A DNA stretch of 52,605 nt from Promethearchaeota archaeon (GTDB taxonomy: Archaea; Asgardarchaeota; Lokiarchaeia; Sigyniarchaeales; SOKP01). The translations under genes and the position numbers were made by a program. Below the pieces are notes generated by a model. The model ran no database searches, was not told the DNA's origin, and was given only the letters and a program-made list of their open reading frames with translations. The stretch spans positions 1 to 52,605 of the forward strand of contig JAEOTA010000008.1 in the NCBI GenBank assembly GCA_016840085.1, written 5' to 3'. The number at the start of each line of letters is the position of its first letter. The first letter of the stretch is position 1. Below are positions 40,418-48,705 of this stretch, one piece after another.

Positions 40418-42064
40418 GTGTCTAGTCATATTATTAATTCAGAAGAAATTAAAGAAAAGATTTCTTTAGATAAAATTCACTCCATTCAGGGTAAAAATAG
40501 AATTTTCACGGATTTTTCAACATACCTTATGGATGAAAGTAAACTAAATGGAGTTGCAGATTGGCTATTTTTTCCAAAATCTGAGGCAGAAATTGTTTCA
40601 ATATTAAAATTCTTACTAAAAAATAAAATCAGGACGTATATCAGTGCAGCTCGAACAGGAATTGTGGGTGCATGTGTCCCCTCTTCCGGCACTGTTTTAT
40701 CAACCGAGAAGATGAATAAAATTATTGGAATTGGTTTAGATAATAATAAAGGGAATTATTTCATTCGTGTTGAACCAGGAGTTACTCTGAACGAAATAAA
40801 TGATACCTTGAAAAAGAAGGAAATTGAAAATGTTGAAGAACTAACTCCCCGTGCTAAAAAAAAGTTTAAAGAGTCAAATAAAGAATTCCATTATCCTGTT
40901 GATCCAACAGAGATGTCTGCAACAATTGGTGGAACTGTAGCGACGAATGCCTCGGGGGCTAGAACCTTGAAGTATGGTCCTACAAGAGAATGGATTAAGG
41001 GATTAAGAGTTATTTTATCTTCCGGTGATATTTTAGATATTCAACGTGGAAAGTATTTTGCTTCAAATAAAGGTTATTTTGGTATAAGTAAATCGGATGG
41101 AAACAAATTGCAATTTAGGATTCCAAATTATATATTCAACACAATAGTGAAAAATGCTGCTGGAATTTATTCTAAACCGAATATGGATTTTATTGATTTA
41201 TTTATTGGAAGCGAAGGAATCTTAGGTGTCATTACACAGATTGATATTTGGATTATTGAAAAACACCCTTTAATATATAATATTTTATTCTTTAATTCTG
41301 AAGAAGAAGCAATAAGCTTTGGTGAATTTATCCGAAATAATAAGATTCTATCTCCGGAATTCATAGAATTTTTTTCAGGTGAAGCATTAGATCTTTTGAA
41401 AAAGGTTCAAAATGAAGATCCTAGTTCAATAGGTATGCCTCAAATTCCAATACATGCTAAATCAGCAATATTCTTTGATTTGCCATATTCTGAAGAAAAA
41501 ATAGATAAGGTTTTTAGTGAATTAAATAGTATAGCAGAAAAATATAAAATTAATTTATCAGATGGCTGGTCAGGCTATGAAAATCAAGATTTTGCTCGAT
41601 TTAAACATTTTAGACATGCATTACCTGAAAATATTAATGCAATAATTGCTCAACGCAAACAAGAATTTCCCCAACTACATAAATTAGGAACTGATATGAG
41701 TGTTCCTGAAAAATACTTTAGAGAAATGATGAAATATTATCATTCTGTTTTACAAAATGCAAATTTAAAATATCTTATTTTTGGTCATATAGGAGATAAT
41801 CACGTGCACGTTAATATTCTCCCAAAAAATATGCAAGAATTAAGATTAGGGGAAAAAATCTATGAAAAATTTGCAAAAAAAGCAGTAGAATACGGGGGAA
41901 GTATATCTGCAGAACATGGGATTGGAAAGATAAAGAGAGAATATTTAAAAATCATGTATAGTCAGAAAGAACTCGATGAAATGCGTCTAATTAAAAAAAC
42001 ACTCGATCCATCTTTAACTTTAAATTATGGTAATATTATTAGTTTTGACGCGGAGGAGGAATAG
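40418..42064 (+). CDS. FAD-linked oxidase/dehydrogenase (GlcD/D-lactate dehydrogenase family)
   Basis: VEPGV, YPVDP, ATIGGTVATNASG, GSEGILGVIT, GHIGDNHVHVN, SAEHGIGK. Confidence 0.92.
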   Translation: MSSHIINSEEIKEKISLDKIHSIQGKNRIFTDFSTYLMDESKLNGVADWLFFPKSEAEIVSILKFLLKNKIRTYISAARTGIVGACVPSSGTVLSTEKMNKIIGIGLDNNKGNYFIRVEPGVTLNEINDTLKKKEIENVEELTPRAKKKFKESNKEFHYPVDPTEMSATIGGTVATNASGARTLKYGPTREWIKGLRVILSSGDILDIQRGKYFASNKGYFGISKSDGNKLQFRIPNYIFNTIVKNAAGIYSKPNMDFIDLFIGSEGILGVITQIDIWIIEKHPLIYNILFFNSEEEAISFGEFIRNNKILSPEFIEFFSGEALDLLKKVQNEDPSSIGMPQIPIHAKSAIFFDLPYSEEKIDKVFSELNSIAEKYKINLSDGWSGYENQDFARFKHFRHALPENINAIIAQRKQEFPQLHKLGTDMSVPEKYFREMMKYYHSVLQNANLKYLIFGHIGDNHVHVNILPKNMQELRLGEKIYEKFAKKAVEYGGSISAEHGIGKIKREYLKIMYSQKELDEMRLIKKTLDPSLTLNYGNIISFDAEEE

Positions 42065-42209
42065 AAAAATCATTGAATTTGACAAAAAATCTATATAAAA
42101 TAAAAAATTTTTAGAAATCTCCTTAATAGATATCATTCTTAAAGCATTGATTTTATAGTACATAAATGTTATGTTCTAATGTGAGGAAATATATCTTTCA
42201 TTTAGGTGA

Positions 42210-44369
42210 TTGGTAATTACTATTATAGAATGTTCAACATCTTTTTGTGAAGAAAATGAGGAGGAATCAGAGGAAGAATCTTTTTTTGAAGAGAATTTTT
42301 GGTATTTCTTAATTCCTGCTGGAATTTTGCTTGGAATTTCAATCTTTTTAGAAATTGTATTTGAAGAAGTTTTAATATCTCAAATATTAGCTTTCTCTTC
42401 AATTTTCCTTTCTGGTTCAGGTGTTGTAAAAGAAGCAATCGAAGATATTAGAGATAAGAAAATTACTGCAAATCTATTAATGATGATTGCTGCGATAGCC
42501 TCATTTTTCATTTTACATGGACAAGAAGGAGCAACAGCTTTATTTTTATATGCAATAGCAGAGAGATTAGAAGAGATAACCAGTGATAAATCAAGGAATG
42601 CAATAAAAGAATTGCTTGAATTAGCTCCTGATTATGCTTTACTTAAATCTGAAAATAAATATAAAAATGTTCCATCACAAGAAGTTAAAATTGGAGATAT
42701 AGTTGGGATAAAGCCAGGGATGAAAGTTCCATTAGATGGAAAAATAGTAAAGGGTAGTTCATACTTTGATGAAAGTGCAATAACAGGCGAATCTGTTCCA
42801 GTATTTAAGAAAGAAGGTGAAGAGATATTTGCAGCAAGTTTAAATACAGATAGTTTTGTTGATATCGAAGTAGTAAGAGAAAGTTCGAATACAATTGTAG
42901 CTCAAATCGCTCAGAGTGTGAAAATTGCTCAACAAAATAAAAGTGAACATGAAAAATTTATTGAAAAATTTGCTAAATACTATACTCCAATAATTCTTAT
43001 CTCATCTATTTTAGTAATGGTTATCCCTCCTCTGTTTGGATTAGACTTTTATAATTGGTTCTATCGTGGATTAATCTTATTAGTAGTTTCTTGTCCTTGC
43101 GCTCTCACATTATCTACACCCTTAGCAAATATTGCTTCTTTAACTAAGCAAGCTAAAGAGGGGATACTTGTTAAAGGAAATAAATTTATAGAAAAATTAC
43201 AAGATATTGAAGTTTTTGCATTTGATAAGACCGGAACACTTACTGAAGGTAAACTAAAAGTTTTTGATATATATGCATATAATGGCGCAATTAAGTCAGA
43301 GATAATAAGCATAGCCGCTAGTTTAGAGGCTCTTTCAGAACATCCTATTGGAAAGGCAATAGTCAAACAAGCAAAAGAGATGGATTTACCTTTTCATAGT
43401 GTTGATAATTTTGAAATAGTAAAAGGGAGAGGAATAAAAGGAAAAATTGATAATGAAATGTTTTATGTTGGTAGTCAAAAATTCTTTGAAAATTTGAATT
43501 ATGAAATTCCAATTCATGACATTATTAAGGTTGAAAATTTAGGAACTATTCCAATTTTATTAGGAAATGAGAATCAACTATTAGGAATTATTACGATTAG
43601 AGATGTATTAAGAGTTACAGCCCCTGTCTTAATAAATGGTTTAAAAAAAAGAGGTTATGAAACTGTGTTAATATCTGGTGATAATCAGAAAATATGTGAT
43701 TCAATAGGGGCATGTTTAGATATAGATCATGCTTATGGTGAACATTTGCCTGACCAAAAACTACAAGAAATCCAAGAATTAAAACATCAATACAAAGGAG
43801 TCGCAATGGTCGGAGATGGAATCAATGATGCCCCTGCTTTAGCTCTTTCTGATTTAGGAATCGCAATTGGAGCTTCAGCTACAGATATTACGTTGGAAAC
43901 CGCAGATATCATCATTATTGGAGATGATTTAAACAAGTTACTTACTTATGTTGACATTGCTAAAAAAACAAATAAAAAAATAAAACAGAATATCTGGACC
44001 TCTATTATAGTAAAGATTTCATTTGCTATTCTAACGGTTCTTGGCTTCATGACCCTCTGGCTTGCGGTGGGAATCGGAGACATGGGGGTCTCAATCCTTG
44101 TCCTCTTTAATAGTCTGGCAATCTTTAGATATAAATTCCTATACAAGGAACTCTCGAATGAACAATTAGAAAGTGAAGCAAAATTGATTATTTGTCAGAA
44201 TTGTGAAACTAAAGACATTATACCGCAACATCATGGACGAGATATGGTTAAGAAAGGAGATAAATTAGTTTGTTGGAAGAACATCCTTAGCAGTGAAGAA
44301 TTGGAGACCTGCGATGAGGAACTCCCGCTTCACTGTCCCTATTGTCAAGAAAAATTAGAATTAAAATAA
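42210..44369 (+). CDS. P1B-type heavy-metal ATPase (Zn/Cd/Pb, ZntA/CadA-like)
   Basis: TGES, SCPCAL, FDKTGTLT, SEHP, GDGINDAP; Lys in the penultimate TM and DMG in the last TM (P1B-2 pattern). Confidence 0.92.
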   Translation: MVITIIECSTSFCEENEEESEEESFFEENFWYFLIPAGILLGISIFLEIVFEEVLISQILAFSSIFLSGSGVVKEAIEDIRDKKITANLLMMIAAIASFFILHGQEGATALFLYAIAERLEEITSDKSRNAIKELLELAPDYALLKSENKYKNVPSQEVKIGDIVGIKPGMKVPLDGKIVKGSSYFDESAITGESVPVFKKEGEEIFAASLNTDSFVDIEVVRESSNTIVAQIAQSVKIAQQNKSEHEKFIEKFAKYYTPIILISSILVMVIPPLFGLDFYNWFYRGLILLVVSCPCALTLSTPLANIASLTKQAKEGILVKGNKFIEKLQDIEVFAFDKTGTLTEGKLKVFDIYAYNGAIKSEIISIAASLEALSEHPIGKAIVKQAKEMDLPFHSVDNFEIVKGRGIKGKIDNEMFYVGSQKFFENLNYEIPIHDIIKVENLGTIPILLGNENQLLGIITIRDVLRVTAPVLINGLKKRGYETVLISGDNQKICDSIGACLDIDHAYGEHLPDQKLQEIQELKHQYKGVAMVGDGINDAPALALSDLGIAIGASATDITLETADIIIIGDDLNKLLTYVDIAKKTNKKIKQNIWTSIIVKISFAILTVLGFMTLWLAVGIGDMGVSILVLFNSLAIFRYKFLYKELSNEQLESEAKLIICQNCETKDIIPQHHGRDMVKKGDKLVCWKNILSSEELETCDEELPLHCPYCQEKLELK

Positions 44370-44623
44370 AATTTACATCTCACTGTCAATTTCGATAATA
44401 TATATAAAATCTTAAAAGATTTTATACAAAGAGTAATCCATTTATTTCTATATATCGTAATATATATTTTTTAAGGATTTCAATTTCAGCTCTTTTTGTT
44501 ATTTTAGTTTTTAGATTTAATTTAATTTTATAGGATACTTATAAATAAATAAGAAATTAATAAAAAAATAAAAAGCAAATAAAAAAATAGAAAATAAAAC
44601 ATTTTACAAGAGGAAACAAAAAA

Positions 44624-46159
44624 ATGGAGACAATTAGAGAACCAGCAAGAAATATTCCCGTCCGTGATAAAGTAGATGTGATAGTTGTTGGAGGAGGGCC
44701 AGCAGGAATAGGAGCAGCTTTAGCTTCTGCTCGGATTGGTGCTAAAACTGTTCTAATAGAACGTTTTGGTGCCCTGGGTGGCCAACAAACACAGGGTTTA
44801 AATTCAGTTTTCTCGCGCGTTGATCCAGAATTACATAATGGAATTGTGCAAGAAATACTCCAGCGCCTTATGAATGGTGGTGCTATGAGAAAACCGGATG
44901 AAAGACGAATGCGTCAGAATCCTATGAGAACACACTTTATTGCTCGCTATGGTGAAGAACACATACCAAAACGACTACTTAACACGAATGTAGGATGGTG
45001 GGGAGGAGAAAAGATCTTTGACCTCGAATATTATAAATATCTCCTCGATACCATGATGCAAGAAGCTGGAGTTAGGATGTATCTTCATTCATTTGCTGCT
45101 AGTACGATAAGAGATGGAAATACACTTAAGGGGATCATTACGGAGGGAAAAGAAGGCAGGCGTGCAATTCTAGGTAAAGCTATAATTGATACTACTGGTG
45201 ATGGGGATATTGCATGGAAATGCGGAGCACCAGTAATGGATGACACAATACCTTTAGGTCGACGTAAGGGTCGTCATATGGGATCATTAACAGCGTTCTA
45301 CCTTGGTGGTGTAGATCTTGGAAAATGGTTGGAATACAGGAAAGCTCATATGGATGAATGGGGTCAAATGTATGGGGGGCATAGAATGGTTAGAGAAGCT
45401 CGAAAGAAAGGGGCATACATCAGAGGAGACAGTATCATCCTCTCTCCGTTGCATAGTGTTCATGGTGGTGGAAGGATATGGGTGATGAATCCAATGTATG
45501 GTCCAAGAGAAGATAATCATTTATGGATGGCTGAAGAGCAAACTAACCTTGAAGTAAGCCTTAGGAAACAGGCTTTTGCTGTTCAGAATGTATTAAAACA
45601 GCAAATCCCAGGCTTTGAAAAATGTTTTGTTGAAAAAACCGCTAATTACCCAGTAACAACTATGCACAGAATTATAGGAGATCATGTTTTAACAGTAGCT
45701 GAAATGCGTGAGGGTAAAACTTTTGAGGATTCAATTGCTATAAATAACCAACCTCCGGATATCTGGGAAGTTGCAGGCAGGTTTGGTTATGAGATTCTAC
45801 CTCATGACATTCCTTATCGTTGCATAGTATCAAAAGAAGTGGATAATCTTCTAGCAGCTGGCACAACAATTTCATGCGGCCTTTTCACCAATGGTGGCTT
45901 GAGATATTGCACTCCGAGTATGTGTAACGGCCAAGCAGCAGGCACAGCGGCTGCTTTAGCTGCTAAAAATAATATAAGCCCTAAAGATCTAGATGTAAAC
46001 TTGTTGAGAGATACTCTTCGTGAACAAAGTGCGCATGTTAGCGTTAATGATGTACCAGAAGAAGCCATCGAGCCTTATAAGTTCATGAAAAAGATATCAA
46101 AAGTAAATAAGAAGAATTCAGAGGTCAACATAGATGAAGAAGAAATAGGCAAATATTAA
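44624..46159 (+). CDS. FAD-dependent oxidoreductase
   Basis: DVIVVGGGPAG, IDTTGDGD, IPYRCIV..NLLAAG, GQAAGTAAALA. Confidence 0.9.
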   Translation: METIREPARNIPVRDKVDVIVVGGGPAGIGAALASARIGAKTVLIERFGALGGQQTQGLNSVFSRVDPELHNGIVQEILQRLMNGGAMRKPDERRMRQNPMRTHFIARYGEEHIPKRLLNTNVGWWGGEKIFDLEYYKYLLDTMMQEAGVRMYLHSFAASTIRDGNTLKGIITEGKEGRRAILGKAIIDTTGDGDIAWKCGAPVMDDTIPLGRRKGRHMGSLTAFYLGGVDLGKWLEYRKAHMDEWGQMYGGHRMVREARKKGAYIRGDSIILSPLHSVHGGGRIWVMNPMYGPREDNHLWMAEEQTNLEVSLRKQAFAVQNVLKQQIPGFEKCFVEKTANYPVTTMHRIIGDHVLTVAEMREGKTFEDSIAINNQPPDIWEVAGRFGYEILPHDIPYRCIVSKEVDNLLAAGTTISCGLFTNGGLRYCTPSMCNGQAAGTAAALAAKNNISPKDLDVNLLRDTLREQSAHVSVNDVPEEAIEPYKFMKKISKVNKKNSEVNIDEEEIGKY

Positions 46160-46244
46160 ATAACTAAAACTACTACTGTCTAGAAAAATTAGACTTGATA
46201 TAATATTTTTGAAAATCAAATATTATCTATAATCTGTCATAAAA

Positions 46245-46718
46245 TTATAATTTTAAACTCATTACCAATTCATCACCTATTTCACTCCCAGTATAATCGA
46301 AACCAAATTTTTTATAAAATACTCCAGCATTTCCATCTAATTTAGAATGACTTAAAAGAAGTTCCTTTGCGTTTGGTCTACTTCTTACATGATTAATTAT
46401 TAATTTCATTGCTTTTTTTCCATAACCCTTTCCTTGATATTTGGCATCTATCATAAATCTCCAAAGAAAATATGATGGACGGTGATTTGGATTAGATTTA
46501 TACCTTAATAAGGAGTCACTTATCATAACAAAACCAATTGGCTTATTATCTGCATAGATCGCTCGGAACCAAGCATCTTTATTAAAATGAGCTTGTGCTA
46601 TTGATATAGCATTAGGAGCGACTAAATTTCTCTGCTCTGGTTTGACATCTAATTGTAGAATTGACATTAAATTAATTTTTGTAATCTTTTTTAAAGATAT
46701 TCTTAGAATTTCATTCAC
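46245..46718 (-). CDS. GNAT acetyltransferase (spermidine/spermine N-acetyltransferase-like)
   Basis: VAPNAISIAQA, LWRFMID..YQGKGYG, FYKKFGF. Confidence 0.9.
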   Translation of the reverse strand: MNEILRISLKKITKINLMSILQLDVKPEQRNLVAPNAISIAQAHFNKDAWFRAIYADNKPIGFVMISDSLLRYKSNPNHRPSYFLWRFMIDAKYQGKGYGKKAMKLIINHVRSRPNAKELLLSHSKLDGNAGVFYKKFGFDYTGSEIGDELVMSLKL

Positions 46719-46868
46719 CCGTTTAACTCTTTCAATTCTTTCAACTCTTTCAATTCTTTCAATTCTCTAAGATTATCAAATTTTTTATCTGATACGGCTC
46801 TTTGAATATATATTTTATCAAGCTCAATTACTTTTCCTAATAGTTCCAAAGCACTCGTGTGATTATTT
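46715..46868 (-). pseudogene. Direct repeat B, downstream copy: orphan 3' end of the TPR gene 48706-50556
   Basis: NNHTSALELLGKVIELDKIYIQRAVSDKKFDN vs NNHTSALELLGKVIELDKTYIQRALSDKKFDN; 46772-46868 aligns to 48748-48844 (offset 1,976). Confidence 0.92.
46722..46766. repeat. 9-bp tandem repeat x5 (TTCAAYTCT; encodes ELK repeats on minus strand)
   Basis: tttaactct ttcaattct ttcaactct ttcaattct ttcaattct. Confidence 0.85.
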
Positions 46869-46905
46869 ATCTCATTGATAATAGAAATCATATTCATCTT
46901 TTTTT

Positions 46906-48492
46906 CTATCCAAAGGTTAGATATTTAGCTGAGGTGATATGAGGTAGTCTTGAGAGTTGGGCGAGTACATCATCAGGTACAAAATTATCCACATTGATAA
47001 GCGATATAGCAATACCGCCTAGTTCTTTACGACCCAGCTGAAATCCTGCAATGTTAATATCTTTTTCGCCAAGAAATGTTCCCACTCGACCAACAACGCC
47101 AGGGACATCCTGATTTTCTAGCATTAACATTCCTCCTGACAATTCAGCCTCAATTGGAAAAAGATTGATTTTTATGATCTTTGAGATCTTCCCAAAAATG
47201 GTTCCCGATACTGATGTTTTACCTTTTTCAGTGATAGTAATTACACGAATTAAACTCATATAATTTTCTGCTTTCTTTGACTTTGTCTCTGTTATCTTTA
47301 TTCCCCGTTCCTCAGCTATCATACGCGCATTAACTAAGTTGACCTCTTCAGTCTGGTGTTGAAGAATTCCCTTTAAGACCGAGATAGTGAGTGGAGCAAT
47401 CGTAAGGTTTGAGGCATCACCTAGATACTCCACACGGAGTTCATTGAGTGGATTGTCGAGAAGTTGTCCATGAAATGATCCTAATTTTTCACAAAGAGAG
47501 AGGTAAGGTTGCAGTATTGGGAGTAATTCCGCTGCCACAGAAGGAAAGTTAATTGAATTGCGTATTATGCCTTTTTTAAGAAAATCACTAATTTGTTCTG
47601 CAATTAATACAGCAACCTTTTTTTGAGCTTCATTGGTAGAAGCACCCAGATGAGGAGTAAGAATTACATTAGGATGTTTATATAAAAAAGTATCTGAGGG
47701 GGGTGGTTCTACCGGGAAAACATCAAGTGCAACTCCTTTAACATGATCAGATTCAAGGGCATTTAATAGATCAGACTCATTAATCAATGCACCTCGTGCA
47801 CAATTTATAATATAAACCCCTTTTTTCATCAGTGCAATTGTTTCAGCATTTATCATACCCTTAGTCTCAGGTGTGAGAGGTGTATGATATGTAATGAAAT
47901 CAGATCGAGCATAAATTTCATCTAGGTTGACTGGTTCTACCCTTAATTTTAATAAATCTTCCTTGGAAACATACGGATCATATCCTAAAACAACCATTTT
48001 AAGACCTAAGGCACGATCAGCAACTATTTTTCCAATTCTTCCAATACCGATGATCCCCAGAACTTTATCAGTGAGTTCAGTTCCTACAAAATTTTTCTTC
48101 TCCCATTTCCCCTCCTTCATAGAAGCAGTAGCTTGGGGTACTTGACGTGCTAGAGCAAACATTAAAGCAATCGTGTGTTCTCCTGTAGTGATGGTATTAC
48201 CTCCTGGGGTGTTCATCACAACAACACCACTTTTTGTAGCAGATTTTATATCAATATTGTCTGTACCAGACCCAGCACGACCTATTACTTTCAAATGAGA
48301 AATTTTATTAAACATTTTGGCAGTTACTTTGGTAGCTCCTCGGAGAGCAATACCATCATAATGATCAATAATAGTAGCTAATTCTTCTGGAGTTAATTTC
48401 CCTTTAGCATCCACTTGAATTCCCTCTCGAGTGAATACCTCATCCCCCGCTTTATGAAGATTATCGAGAATAAGTATTTTTAAGTTTTCCAT
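46906..48492 (-). CDS. serA: D-3-phosphoglycerate dehydrogenase (long form with ACT domain)
   Basis: GRAGSGTDNID, NTPGGN, GIGRIG, INCARG, LDVF..EP, TPHLGAST.EAQ; C-terminal NQDVPGVVGRVG..NIA. Confidence 0.95.
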   Translation of the reverse strand: MENLKILILDNLHKAGDEVFTREGIQVDAKGKLTPEELATIIDHYDGIALRGATKVTAKMFNKISHLKVIGRAGSGTDNIDIKSATKSGVVVMNTPGGNTITTGEHTIALMFALARQVPQATASMKEGKWEKKNFVGTELTDKVLGIIGIGRIGKIVADRALGLKMVVLGYDPYVSKEDLLKLRVEPVNLDEIYARSDFITYHTPLTPETKGMINAETIALMKKGVYIINCARGALINESDLLNALESDHVKGVALDVFPVEPPPSDTFLYKHPNVILTPHLGASTNEAQKKVAVLIAEQISDFLKKGIIRNSINFPSVAAELLPILQPYLSLCEKLGSFHGQLLDNPLNELRVEYLGDASNLTIAPLTISVLKGILQHQTEEVNLVNARMIAEERGIKITETKSKKAENYMSLIRVITITEKGKTSVSGTIFGKISKIIKINLFPIEAELSGGMLMLENQDVPGVVGRVGTFLGEKDINIAGFQLGRKELGGIAISLINVDNFVPDDVLAQLSRLPHITSAKYLTFG

Positions 48493-48705
48493 TTCCTCTC
48501 CTTTTTTCTGTTTTAAATCCCAATTTAAATAAGTACTATTTATAATTTACTGTATATCTAAATCCTAATGATTGATAGAATAAAATTTGTTCATTTAAAT
48601 TTATTACTACAAGAAGGATTAGAAATCAATTTTTTAAGAATTATATAGGTGATTTAATTGCCTCTTTTGTAAAGAAGAACAGAGCTAAACTCAGTAGTTT
48701 AGATT

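Noticed and set aside
46722-46766. CRISPR-like array
   Set aside because: Contiguous 9-bp units with no spacers and no cas genes.
46715-46897. Independent 60-aa gene
   Set aside because: Most of it is a duplicated TPR 3' end; treated as an orphan fragment, although translation is not excluded.
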